Of a stretch of DNA of 64,000 nucleotides, positions 44,168 through 58,580 are shown in pieces. The position numbers and the translations under genes were made by a program. How positions within the stretch are numbered: position 1 is the stretch's first letter; each line of letters opens with the position of its first letter. The stretch lies in NCBI RefSeq assembly GCF_009914755.1, contig NC_060928.1; one strand, given 5' to 3'. The notes under the pieces were generated by a model. It saw only the letters and a program-made list of their open reading frames with translations, did not search any database and was not told the DNA's origin. Source of the stretch: the human T2T-CHM13v2.0 reference genome, Homo sapiens.

Positions 44168-47100
44168 TTTTTTTAATTTATTTTTTATCTTACTTTAAGT
44201 TCTGGGATACATGTGCAGAATGTGCAGGTTTGTTACACAGGTATACATGTGCCATGGTGGTTTGCTGTGCCTATCAACCCATCATCTAAGTTTTAAGTCC
44301 TGCATGCATTAGGTATTTGGATTAGGTATACCTAATTAAAAAGTCAGGGAACAACAGATGCTGGAAAGGATGTGAAGAAATAGGAACACTTTTACACTTT
44401 TGATGGGAGTGTAAATTAGTTATTTCTTGTCTTCTGCTAGCTTTTGAATTTGTTTGCTGTTGCTTCTGTGGTTCTTTTAATTGTGATGTTAGGGTGTCAA
44501 TTTTAGATCTTTCCTGCTTTCTGACGTGGACATTTAGTGCTATAAATTTCCCTCTTGACATTGCTTTAGCTGTGTCCCAGAGAGTCTGGTATGTTGTCTC
44601 TTTGTTCTCATTGGTTTCAAAGAACTTCTTCATTTCTGCCTTAATTTCTTTATGTGCCCAGTAGTCTTTCAGGAGCAGGTTGTTCAGTTTCCATGTAGTT
44701 GTGCAGTTTTGAGTGAGTTTTTAAATCCTGAGTTCTAATTTGATTGAACTGTGGCCTGAGAGAGAGTTTTTTAGGTTTTCTGTTCTTTCGCATTTGCTTA
44801 GGAGCGTTTTACTTCCAATTATGTGGTCAATTTTAGAATAAGTGTTATGCGGCACTGAGAAGAATGTATGTTCTATTGGTTTGAGGTGGAGTGTTCTGTA
44901 GATGTCTATTAGGTCTGCTTGGTCCAGAGCTGAGTTCATGTCCTGAATATCCTTGTTAATTTTCTGTCTTGTTGATCTGTCTAATATTGACAGTGTGGTG
45001 TTAAAGTCTCCACTATTATTGTGTGGGAGTCTAAGTCTCTTTGTAGTTCCCTAAGAACTTGTTTTATGAATCTGAGTGCTCCTGTATGGGTGCATATAGA
45101 TTTAGAATAGTTAGCTCTTCTTATTGCATTGATCCCTTATTATTATGTAATGCCCTTCTTTGTCTTTTTTGATCTTTGTTGGTTTAAAATCTGTTTTATC
45201 AGAGACAAGGATTGCAACCCTGCTTATTTATTTTTTTGCTTTGCATTTGCATGGTAAATATTCCTCCATCCCTTTATTTTGAACCTATGTGTGTCTTTGC
45301 ATGTGAGATGGGTCTCCTGAATACGGCACACCGATGGGTCTTGACTCTTTATCCAGTTTGCCAGTCCGTGTCTTAAATGGGGCATTAGCCCATTTACATT
45401 TAAGATTAATATTGTTATGTCGTGATGAAAGCTGGTTATTTTGCACATTAGTTGATGCAGTTTCTCATAGTGTTGTTGGTCTTAATATTTTGGTGTGTTT
45501 TTGTAGTGGCTAGTACCAGTTTTTTCTTTCCGTATTTGGTGCTTCCTTCAGTAGCCCTTTTAAAGCAGGCCTGGTGGTGACAAAATTCCTCAGCATTTGC
45601 TTGTTTGTAAAGGATTTTATTTCTCCTTCGCTTATGAAGCTTAGTTTGGCTGGATATCAAATTCTGGGTTGAAAATTTTTTTCTTTAAGAATGTTGAATA
45701 TTGGTCCCCACTCTTCTAGCTTGTAGGGTTTCTGCAGAGAGATCCACTGTTAACCTGATTGCCTTCTCTTTGTAGGTAGCCTGACCTTCCTCTCTAGCTG
45801 CCCTTAACATTTTTTCCTTCATTTCAACCTTGGTGAATCTGATGATTTTGTGTCTTGGGGTTGCTCTTCTTGAGGAATATCTTAGTGGTGTTCTCTGTAT
45901 TTCCTGAATTTGAATGTTGGCCTGTCTTGCTAGGTTAGGGAAGTTCTCCTGGATAATATCCTGAAGTGTGTTTTCCATCTTGGTTCCATTATCCCCGTCA
46001 CTTTCAGGGACCCCAATCAATCATAGGTTTGGTCTTTTCACATAGTCCCATATTTCTTGGAGGCTTTGTTCATTCCTTTTCATTCTTTTTTTCTCTAATC
46101 TTGTCTTCATGCCTTATTTCAGTAAGTTGATTTTCAATCTCTGATATCCTTTCTTTCGCTTGATCAGTTGGGCTATTGATACTTGTGTATGCTTCACAAA
46201 GTTCTTGTGTTGTGCTTTTCATCTCTATCATGTCCTTTATGTTATTCTCTAAACTGGTTATTCTAGTTAGCAGTTCCTGTAACCTTTCATCAAGGTTCTG
46301 AGCTTCCTTGCATTGGGTTAGAACGTGCTCGTTTAGCTCAGAGGAGTTTGTTATTACCTACCTTCTGAAGCTTACTTCTGTCAATTCATCAAATTCATTC
46401 TCCATCTAGTTTTGTGCCCTTGCTAGAGAGGAGTTGCATTTGGAGGAGAAGAGGCATTCTGGCTTTTGGAATTTTCAGCATTTTTGGGCTGGTTTTTCCT
46501 CATCTTTGTGGATTTATCTACCTTTGATCTTTGAGGCTGATGACCTTTGGATGGGTTTTTGTGGGAGGGGTCCTTTTTGTTGAGGTTGATGTTCTTGCTT
46601 TCTGTTTGTTAGTTTTTCTTCTAACAGTCAGGCCCCTCTTCTGCAGGTCTGCTTCCGTTTGCTGGAGGTCCACTCACTCCGGACCCTGTCTGCCTGGGTA
46701 ACACCAATGGAGGCTGCAGAACAGCAAAGATTGCTGCCTGCTCCTTCCTCTGGAAGCTTCGGCCCAGTGGGGCACTGGCCTGATGCCATCCAGAGCTCTC
46801 CTGTATGAGGTGTCTGTCAACCTCTGTTGGGAGGTCTCTCCCAGTCAGGAGGCATGGGGGTCAGGGACCTACTTGAGGAGGCAGGCTGTCTTTTAGCAGA
46901 GCTTGAGTGCTGTGTTGGGAGAATCCTCCTTGTCAGGATCTGCTGCACTCTTCAGAGCCAGCAGGCAGGAATGTTTAAGTCTGCTGAAGCTGCACCTACA
47001 GCTGCCCCTTCCCCCAGGTGCTCTGTCCCAGGGAGATAGGAGTTTTATCTATAAGCTCCTGACTGAGGCTGCTGCCTTTCTTTCAGAGATGCCCTGCCCA

Positions 47101-47866
47101 GAGCAGAGGAATCTAGAGAGACAGTATGGCTACAGAGGCTTTGTGGCTCTGTGGTGGGCTCTGCCCAGTCTGAACTTCCTGGCGGCTTTGTTTACACTGT
47201 GAAGGGAAAACTGCCTACTCAAGCCTCAGTAAGGGTGGACATCCCTCCCCCCACCAAGCTGGATCATCCCAGGTCGACTTCAGACTGCTGTGCTGGCAGT
47301 GAGAATTTCAAGCCAGTGATTCTTAGCTTGCTGGGCCCCATGGGAGTGAGACTCGCTGAGCAAGACCACTTGGCTCCCTGGCTTCAGCCCCCTTTCCAGG
47401 GGAGTGAACGGTTCTGTCTCACTGGGATTCTAGGTGCCACTGGGGAGAAATTAAAAAAAAAAAAAACAAAAACAAAAAAACAACCTCCTGCAAGCTTGGT
47501 GTGTGTCCAAACCCAGTCTTGTGCTTGAAACCCAGGGCCCTGGTGGTGTAGGCACACAAGGGCATCTCCTGTTTGGAGGGTTGCAAACACTGTGGGAAAG
47601 GAATAGTCTCTGGGCTGGATAGCAGAATCCCTCACAGCTTCCCTTTGCTGGGGGAGGGAGGCTCCTGGCTGCTTGCACTTCCCAGGTGAGGTGATGTCCC
47701 ACCCTGCTTTGGCTAATCCTCCGTGGGCTGCACCCATTGCCTATCCAGTCCCGATGAGATGAACAGCGTACCTCAGTTGGAAATGCAGAAATCACCCGCC
47801 TTCTGTGTTGGCCTCACTGGGAGCTGCAGATGGGAGCTGTTCCTATTCAGCCATCTTGCTAATACC
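44168..47866 (-). mobile_element. L1PA7/8-like LINE-1 with both ends intact and a large internal deletion plus inversion
   Basis: 3' UTR end at 44168-44320; EN, ORF1 and ~1.36-kb 5' UTR at 44416-47866; 16-bp TSD cttcacagtttcttta (44152-44167) / cttcacagtaacttta (47867-47882). Confidence 0.93.
45480..46503 (-). pseudogene. L1 ORF1p remnant
   Basis: ATG at 46503; the ORF at 45685-46020 reads IGVPESDGDNGTKMENTLQDIIQENFPNLARQANIQIQEIQRTP...IRLTVDLSAETLQARR; frameshifted. Confidence 0.92.
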
Positions 47867-47882
47867 CTTCACAGTAACTTTA

Positions 47883-48545
47883 AAGAGAAAATATTTTTAA
47901 TTTTGTTGAAGTCCAATGTATCGAAGTTTCTTTTGTGTTCTTTGCATTATTGTGACCTATCTGAGAAATCTTTGTCCAGCCCAACGTTGTGAGGATTTTC
48001 TTCTATGTTTTCACTTGAAAGTTTTGTAGTTTTACCTTGTATATTGAGGTACGTAATACATTTTGAGTTCATTTTTATTTTGTGTGAGTCAGCAGTTGTG
48101 GTTAATTTTTGTGTGTTTCTATAGAGCTATCCAGTTGCCCCAGTAGCATTTTTATTTTGAATGTTTTTTATTTTGAATGTCAAAATAAAAAACAAAACAT
48201 ATTCCAACTGAATCATTCTGTTATCTTTATAAAATAATCAACTGATCAAATATAGACTAGTCTGTATCAGAAATTTCAAATTTTTCTTTTATTTTCATGT
48301 GATTTGCTAGACTAAAGTCATACTATATTGTCTTGATTTTTGAAGTTAGAGTAAGTCCACCAACTTTGTTCATTTTTTTAGGATTATTTTGGCTATTATG
48401 GCCTTTTAAAATTTCCAGGTACAGTTTGAAATTAGTCTCATCATTTATAAAAATATTGGTGCTAAAATTTTGGTAAGATTTTATTAACCCATAGATACAT
48501 TTTGGGAAATTTTACATCTTAAAATATTTAGTCTGCCAATCTATA
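47883..48545 (-). mobile_element. Old L1M, continuation of the 43260-44167 element
   Basis: 'tttttaattttgttgaagtccaat', 'ttttcttctatgttttc', 'attttgagttcattttt', 'gattattttggctatt'. Confidence 0.75.
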
Positions 48546-50180
48546 ATCAAACTAGGAATGAAATAAAACATCCTCTGACTAATAAAGGGTATGTACCAAA
48601 AACCTAGAGCAAACAACTTATAAACATATCTATGTCTTGAAATAGATTTTGGCTTCCCAACCTGACAAAAATAATAGACTTGTCCTCCTAATAAAAACAG
48701 TGATAGATTGGACAAAACATATGAGATAACTGTTTAGGTTTTGAAATCTGGACAGTGAAGTATTGGGTTTTTGAGAGAAGGAAAAATAAGCGATGACTTC
48801 TATGATTACTCTGGTTTCCTGATTGGGGTACCTTTCTTGTCATGACCCAGGGAGGTGTAGCCCAAGCAGAGTGGATGTCTAATGGAGGGGAGGCACAGAT
48901 ACACTTTCTAATCTGTGAAGGCAACGGAAATTTACAGGAAATTTGTCAAGGAGGAGGATGTCAGGGGAAGTTGGAGTGGAGGGGCAAAAGTCCTCATGAG
49001 ACTCACCTTGGGTCTGTTGAAAATGTCTGAGCTAAGATGGCAGAAGACATTAAATGTTGAGAATGTTAACATTCTGGCCCAATCAGAAACAAGACAGCTC
49101 ACTGAGAGGCTCAAGTATCGAGTGGTGAGCTATGAAAATCCATGCCTAAAAATAAAGTTCAAGTTCTAAGATAAAGGTTATGCTTGTCTAGTAAACACGA
49201 TAAACCCAAGGTTAAAGAGGAAGTTCTTTAAAAGCATCCAGGGCAAAAGAAAAACTTCATATGGAAAACAGTATAAGTGATGATCAAATTTTCATCAGAA
49301 ACATTGGAAGTCAAAAAACAATCGATATTTTTTAGCTGCTGAAAGAAAGCAATATTGAGTCCCAAATCTATATTCAGCAAAATCATCCTTCAAGAATGAA
49401 AGTAAAACCAGGGCATTTTCAGATAAGTGAAAACTAAATGAATCATCACCAGCACATCTGCAATCCCAGAAAATAATACAGGTAGTTCTTCAGGATGAAG
49501 GGAAATATTACCAGATGGTAATCTGAATATAGAGGAAAGCATTAAGTATATCAGAAATGATAAATACATCTACTAGAACTAGTAAGTATGTATGACAGTA
49601 TTATAGCATAAAAGGTCAGTATCCAAAAAATTATTTCTATATAGTAATAAAAACATGCAAGATGTTATACTGGAAACTTCAAAGCATTAGTGAGAAAAAT
49701 CAAAGAAGTGTTAAACAGTTGGATACATATGCCATGTTCATAGTTTGGAAGACTTAATACATTGTTAAGATATCATTTCTTCTCAGATTGATCAATAGAT
49801 TTAGGGCAAATCCCACTGAATCACTGAACATTTTGTAGGGAGTAGAAGTAGACAAGATTGCTCTAAAATTTATATTTAATAGCAAATCAACTAGAATAGC
49901 CAAAACTATTTTGATAAGAAGAAAAAGTTGGAAGACTCATCCTGTCTGATACTAAAACTTACTACAGTAATCAAGGCAGTGTAGCACTGACAAAGAAATA
50001 CACAAATATCAATAAAATAAAAACAGTCTAGAAATAACTTACAAAGAGGACTAAGAAACATAGGGTGAAAAAAAATCTTTATTTCAGCTATGTTCTTTTG
50101 CCAAATTCATAGAGCTGTATACTTAAAAAGAATAAATGTTACCTTATATAAATTTTACCTCAATCAATATAATCTTAAAA
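48546..50180 (+). mobile_element. Fragmented old L1M pieces (RT bit, 5'/ORF1, ORF2, 3' end)
   Basis: 'atcatccttcaagaatgaaagt', 'ccatgttcatagtttggaagacttaata', 'ctagaatagccaaaactattttg', 'acagtaatcaaggcagtgt', 'gctgtatacttaaaa'. Confidence 0.7.
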
Positions 50181-51932
50181 AATATAGTTGTTATATTTGA
50201 TAATTGTTTAATCCTACTGACATTCATCTCATAGTCTCTAAACAACCCAAAACTGGCATAAAATCTGATTCCAAATCCTGACTAATGATAAAAATACAAA
50301 ACCATATACCATACATCAGATCACTTTTGAATACTAATATTGATATTTAATCAGTTTTGACATGTTATCAATGAATACTGATATATGAATATTCAAATTC
50401 AAAATATCAACTATTGCTAAAATCCAAAATACCAGTTTTTGCTAATTAGGATAAAATATTTACTTAGAAAAATAAACAGTTGGTTATAAGAATAATATAA
50501 CCTCAGTAAGAAGAATTCAGCTATTATAATAATAATATTTAGGCAGTAGACTTTTCAGTACATGAAAAGATGAAAAATATTGCACATTTTTATGGGAAGT
50601 ATTATGAGGTGGGTCAGTAGACAGCTTTACATATGTATAGCACACAGGCTGTTTGAATAAGTAAAGTTATTTTCCCAAAACAGTTAACCCTTAAGACAAA
50701 TCATTGTGGGTAAATTAGATTTTTCTCATTAGTAAAATCTTATTTCATATTTCCATATTTGGCATTTAACATAACTTAGATTTAGTTTGAAGTAAGATTC
50801 TCTTGGAAGTGAAGTTCTCCTAAAAGTTTTGATCTCTACTTTTCTTAGTTTTTCTCACCTAGACTTAGATTATTTATTATTTAATTTTATGAAACAAAAA
50901 CTTATGGAAGTTTAGGCAAGATTTTTCTTTGGATCTGAAGGACAGTTTTTCTTATTCTAAACTATTATCTTTTGGTCAATGAAGCATGAGTCGTTTTCTG
51001 TGTACATTTTCTGTGTTATTTGTCTCATTTATATAATTTAGAATGTGACTACTCAGTAAATATGATATTATTATTAGGGCAACCATATTTATATTCAACA
51101 TATAAACTTTGTGCTAATATTTTATCTCCCATTAGAACTGAAAGAAGATATTAGAAGATACATTTTCATAACAGCAAAATAATTTCTTCATTTGGAAAAT
51201 ACTCTACTTGTTAAATTGATAAGATTTTTCTTTAAAAAATCATTTTATTCCTTTCAGGTATTGTGGGGGAGGCATAAAAGGTAACAAAGATGTTTTTCAT
51301 GGCAAATAATGTTTATTTCTAATTAACATATTATTTACTGTACATATTGCTTTCTACCAGTGTGTTGATATAAATTATATATGCTGCAAAATAAATAACT
51401 CCATTGTGAATGTTTCTGTATTCTTATTTGATGTATTTTCTTTCATTAATATTTGATTAAGAGTTTGGAGAGCCAATATTAGAGAGGAAACAAAGGTTGT
51501 GTGTGTGTACGTGTGGTCCTGCATTCTTTCCTTCTGTATAACTATGTGGGATGAGTTGTGTTCTAAGCATATTTTTCATTCCTCTCTCATCATAAACAGA
51601 GTAGGTAGAGCAAAATCTAAATGTTTCTCAGTGACACTGTGCAATTTTAAGTAACACTGATGTGTAGAATTATTTACCTACATGGTAAATGGCCTCAAGT
51701 GTGCAAACCTAGTCACTTAATATACTGAGAGCTAAGGACATAAGGGAAAAAGAAGACCTGGCCTCTGTTCTTAAGTAGCTTAGAGTCTGGCCTTTTTAAT
51801 TAACTTAACAGATAATTTATTGGCAATACTCTTAATTTAACAGCTTTGGTCACCTACCCGTTCTACTTGCTAGGATTGACCAGAGGTCTGAGAAAGGATA
51901 AAGAATATTGACCTGTTATTTTTGTTTGAGCA

Positions 51933-51990
51933 AATGTATGTATGTATGTATGTACGTACGTACGTATGTATGTACGTATATAAATATATG
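51933..51990. repeat. (TATG)n/(TACG)n microsatellite
   Basis: Directly visible. Confidence 0.9.
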
Positions 51991-52249
51991 AATGAAAAGG
52001 AAATGAATGTATGTATAAAGATAAGTTTATAAGACATTCATACAAAGAGATGGAATTAATGTCTGATTAACTCAATTTTTTTTATGTCAGGCAAAATGCT
52101 ACATATTCAGTTTCGAGAGCACAGAATGACTTGACAGAATGATAGAAGGTTAGTTGAACTATGGAAGTTTAATTAGGGGAATTGATGAGCAGAATTTTTA
52201 AAGTTTTGTTTGCCATAATAAAAGGGGTGATGCACTGCCTAGATTTTAA

Positions 52250-52395
52250 ATGTACTGACTCTGGAGCTGGACTGACCTGTGCTCAAATTTTAGAACTTCT
52301 GCTTCCACGTTACATTCTTTAGGGCAGGATGTATCCCAAAGCCTACGTTTTCTCATTTGTACCATAAGGAAACAAATGGTAACTCCTTGGCATTT
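52250..52395 (+). mobile_element. MIR fragment
   Basis: 'gactctggagctggactgacctgtgctcaaat...gttttctcatttgta'. Confidence 0.55.
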
Positions 52396-52581
52396 AAAAT
52401 GTCGTTCCTTTTTATTTCACAATACTGTTTAGTTTTTCTTCTCTATATATTGAATCAATCTGGCTATATGTTAATCTATTAATCTATTTAACAGTATTTT
52501 TTTAAAAATGAACCTATGAACCTTTGCTTTCTTAATCTTTTTTTATCATATGTTTCCTTTTTTATTTATTACATAAGTATC

Positions 52582-52938
<357 letters not shown>

Positions 52939-53837
52939 TAAATATTAAATTTGATTTTCCACATTTTTCTTTTGTAAATATTAGCATTAATGGTTGTATA
53001 TTTTTGTCTAAATATTTTAGCTGGTTTCTTAAGTGTCACAGGTAGTATGTTAATTATTCATTCATAAGTATTTTAAATTTCCATTTCAATTTCCTCTTTC
53101 CTTCATCCATTATTTTGACCTCATTTAAAACTCACAAACTTATAGATTCTTGTGAGTTATCTTTTAGTTTTTATTTGTAACTTACTTGGAAAGCTGGTTA
53201 CAATACGTGGTTTATTTAATCCCAATTATTTGTTGCATCTTAATTATGGTCTAGAGAAATGTTTCTTCAAAGTTAATTTTGTTAAGGTAAAGATTCTGAT
53301 TTACAGGTCTAGAGTTGAGCCTGAGAATACACACATAGACACAGATATGTTAGTGCACAAGCAGCAAATATCACTGAATTATTATAAAATTATATATCTG
53401 ATAAAAAGTATAGTATTTTCAACGCTAAGAGGTATAGGACTTAAAATGTACAGACCAAATTGGCTTAAAGAACCAGGATAACTTACACATGCTAATGAAT
53501 GCAGTTCATGCCCTTCTTATCAGGAACCAGTAGACAAATGTCTTTTTTTTCTCAATGGATGTTGTTGTGAAGATGGGAATATTGCTTATGTTAATGCAAT
53601 CTAATAATGTTTTCTTGCTTTCTCTTAACTGTAATTACTCTGTGTTTTAGAGAGCATTTTGCTAGTCCCAAATTTGATTCCTGAATAAGAAATATGTTAA
53701 AAACAAACAGACTTTGTTAGGAAGTCTAATTCAAGATGGTTCTGTTCATTGTCTTGTATTTACAAACAAAAACAAGTGTCCCAAAATATGGACTCAGGTT
53801 CTTTTGGAAACTGCGTTCTCTCCTCCACAGTGGATTT

Positions 53838-54155
53838 TTCTTATTTTTTCTTTTTCTTTTTTCTTTTTTTTTTTTTTTTGAGACAGAGTCTTGCTCTGTC
53901 TCCCAGGCTGGTGTGCAGTAGTGTGATCTTGGCTCACACAAGCTCTGCCTCCCAGGTTCATGCCATTCTCCTGCCTCAGCCTCCTGAGGGACTACAGGTG
54001 CCCGCCACCATGCCTGGCTAATTTTTTGTATTTTTTTAGTAGAGAGGAGGTTTCACTGTGTTGGCCAGGATGGTCTCGATCTCCTGACCTCATGATCCAC
54101 CCTCCTCGGCCTCCCAAAGTGCTGGGATTACAGGCATGAGCCACCGCACCCCGCC
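53838..54155 (-). mobile_element. Alu (Sc/Y-like)
   Basis: 'ccattctcctgcc', 'ggatggtctcgatctc'; TSD cacagtggattt (53826-53837) / cacagtggactt (54156-54167). Confidence 0.95.
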
Positions 54156-54989
54156 CACAGTGGACTTAAGATCTGAAAATGGGCAGGGCCAATTCTATCT
54201 CTTAATACCAGGGTTTGTGGTCTGCCTCTGGTTTCCTTCTTACACCACACTTAAAGGAGAAGTATGAACTTTGTGTTGGCATCTCCCTCTACAGAGATCC
54301 ATCTAACAGTAGAAACTCAGGGAAATGGAAAGAAACGTCTGAGGCCTGCAGCTCCCATAACAGAAGACAAAAGGGCTAATTAACTGATACCAGATCATGC
54401 CAAATTATAAATAATTTTGTTGGGATTCTTGTGATATTGGGAAAGGTTTTCTTTCCTCCTAATTTCTCCACTTACTCTCTGTTAGCTTCTTCAAATCTTA
54501 TAAAGGTCTTATCTATGATCTTTACATTTTATTTTCTGTGTTTTAATTTGTACATACAAAATGACTCTCCTATAGCTATAAGCATCTTAAAGGCTCTTCT
54601 TTCTAATAAAGTCCTCTGTACATTCTATATTTCTCTTGAAATAATGTGATCCTATCTTAATATTTCCTTTTATCACTAAGTTTTTTGAAAGAGGAGTCAA
54701 CATATAATTCAGTATTACATCATTTTAAGAAATCTGGTTTTCATTCTCCAATGCAGATTCATAACCCAAAAGCCTTCTGGTTACCGAGTCCTACAGAAAA
54801 CTTAATTTATTCGACTGTTTTTAGTAGTGTAAAAAGACACCAGTATTTTTCAAGCTTTCTCATTTCGTATTCTGATTATAGTGCTTTCACTTCGTACTCT
54901 TTTCTAACAGACTTTCCTATCCTCTTTGTGAGATATTCTTTAATGGTAGTGGGCTTTTTTAAATGTATTTTTTATCCTTGGACTACTAC

Positions 54990-55900
54990 AGTCTGCATAC
55001 TAACCTGGACAATATTTTCTAGGTATCTTGACTCAGATCTCATCTAAAACTCATGATGCATATACAAATTCTCATCTCCAACTCAAATCTCTTTAGTGAG
55101 CTTCAGATTCCTATTTATAATCCTGTCCTAAACAACTTCCATCAATGTCCCATATCCACCTCAAATTCAATAGGTTCATATCCAAATGCATTATTTATTT
55201 AATCTCCCCTTCTCTGCAGTATGATGTACTGGTCTTTCTCCTACAGTATCTATCTAAAAAAAATGATTCCCCTTTCATGTGGTCACTCTAGCCACCTAGA
55301 ATTTTTCCTGAATTTCTTCATCTCTTTGACCTCCCTGCATTAAAATGAGTACCAGATCTTTTCACTTATATTTTACTTAATGTCACGTAAATACCATTCC
55401 TATTCTCTATATGTCACTGCCTCACTTTAAGTTTTCATTATATTTTACCGAAACATTTTCATATTGTCTATCTCTAATCCTTCCACCCTGTTCTTATTTG
55501 AAATATTTAGTAAGTTAATTTTTCTAAAATAAACAACTGATCATGTTAATCTCATTTTAAAAATTATTTAGTACATTAAGAAAAAAAATTGTGAAGGATG
55601 ACAACACAAAGCTCTTCAGGATCAGTCCCTTTCTATTCTCTTTGTCATGTTTGGGAAACAGCGTGCTTATCCTCTCCACAATTTTCTGTTTTTTAATTCA
55701 GTGATTTACTTAATATATAAGCGTGATGACTCTGAGGTAACTGTTAGGGTTCAGCCTACTTGATGGAGAACTCTGTCCCTCTGTCCCTTGTATAATCTAA
55801 TCATACTGTATTGAAAGTACATCTTCCACTTGGTTGCTCAGGCAGTGAGCGGTTATGAAACATATTTGTCATAGTCTTACTTTTCATTTCATACCTTCTA
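54990..55900 (+). mobile_element. L2 LINE fragments
   Basis: 'caaattctcatctcca', 'gagcttcagattcctat', 'cacctcaaattcaata', 'tttttctaaaataaacaactgatcatgt'. Confidence 0.6.
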
Positions 55901-56460
55901 GTAGCTCTTTCGACCAATTGTCTAAACTATAATGGCTTAATTTTAGAAAGCTTTTATACTAATTTAATGTAATTGAAATGGAAGTGTTTTACATTTTCCA
56001 AATGCAAATAAATGGTAAAACTGCTTTATACAAAATGATTTTAACTTTCCTTTAAGAAAGAAGCTTGCAAATATTCTTTCATGTTCATAGCTCTCCTACA
56101 ATTATGTATTCTTTAATTTGTATTTGTTAGCTGAATAAAGGTTGTTGTGCTTATAATTATTTTGAAATATGGCAATAATTCATTGGAATATCGATAATGC
56201 ATTTTGATTTTAAATAAGCACAGATTTCTTATACTATATATTTGATATTTTAATGTTGTCTTTCTCCACCTGAGGACTAGGATTTCCTGCAAGTTTAGGT
56301 GTACCAAGTTACTGGATAAACGTGGTACATTTTCTGAAAGCATCCATTTTACACAAAAAAAATTGGGAAAAGTTTATGTTAAATGTTTCTCAATTTTACT
56401 TTACTAGAATAAAACATTCTAATGCATTTTAAAAACCCACAGTGAGACTTTAAAAGAATT

Positions 56461-56764
56461 TTTTTTTTTTTTTTGAGATGGAGTCTTACTCTGTCACTCA
56501 GACTGGAATGCAGTGGCATGATCGTGGCTCACTGCAACCTCTGCCTCCTGGGTTCCTGCCTTCAGCGATTCTTCTGCCTCAGCCTCCTGAGCAGCTGGGA
56601 AGACAGGAGTGCGCCACCACGCCCGGCTAATTTTTGTATTTTTAATAGACACAGGGTTTCTATTAAATGTTGACAAGGCTAGTCTGGAACCCCTGACCTC
56701 GTGATCCACCCACCTTGTCCTCCCAAAGTGGTGAGATTATAAGCGTAAGCCACCGTGTCTGGCC
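56461..56764 (-). mobile_element. AluS
   Basis: Full dimer; TSD-like tttaaaagaa on both flanks. Confidence 0.93.
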
Positions 56765-57140
56765 ATTTAAAAGAAATTTCTTATTTACATTGGACATTTC
56801 AAACCACACACCAAGACATGAGGCAAATATCGACTTACCTCTGATATTGAGCTTATTTCAATTGAAAATATTTCAGACAGTTTGCTATAGAGAAATTATT
56901 TTAGTCTTTGCTCAGGCATGTTGGTAAGTTTAATTTTATGTTTTTTATGGAGGAATATGCAGTGATAAGAAATAAGGAATTGTTTTTCTAATATTTGATT
57001 CAAATTGCAGATTTGGCTTTGAATTTAGAGAAAACAATCGCACATATTAATTGTAACTTTCTATAAAAGAAAAGACTACATGTCAATCTATTATAAGAAG
57101 ACAAAATAAATTGAATTTCTGGCATCTGAGTCTCCATTTA

Positions 57141-58057
<917 letters not shown>

Positions 58058-58369
58058 TTTATGCCTTTTATATTAGACAAGTTATAATGTTGTCATATAT
58101 CTAATCTAACATTCTACTTAATACATAGATTCTCTTTACATCCTCCTTAAAACTTAATCTTCTATATTTTACAAGTGACATTTTGGTGATGAAAATCACT
58201 AATTTTAATTATGTTTGTCCATATTGAATTGATAGAAAATTATTTTTTCAAATTAATTACAAACGCACACTTTGGTCATATTCATTCTTCAGTTCTAGTT
58301 TAGTCTACGTTTCCACAGAAATTTACAAGCATCCCTATTCTATTTCATGTATTCTAGAGCTTTTTACAA

Positions 58370-58580
58370 AGTTGCCATTTCTTTCTTGATCTTTTCTTAT
58401 CTAAATAACTCCAGTCACATCAGCTATTTTACATGTGAACCACTCTGAATCTTTTCAATGATCCAACATATTTTCCTTTTTATGTGCTTTAGATTGGCAA
58501 AAACACTCTTAAATTATAACACCTAAAATGAACATGACTCTCAGAATATGGTTTAACTACTAAAGATTAGAGTTTATATA
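58370..58580. mobile_element. Possible L3/CR1 ancient LINE fragment
   Basis: 'tcttaaattataacacctaaaatgaacatgactctcagaatatggtttaac' resembles the CR1/L3 motif 'ttaaaatgtggcacccagaactgaacaca..tactccagatgtggtctgacc'. Confidence 0.35.

Noticed and set aside
51240-51300. Possible exon after 'cattttattcctttcag|g'
   Set aside because: Isolated acceptor-like site with no supporting ORF or convincing donor; expected by chance.
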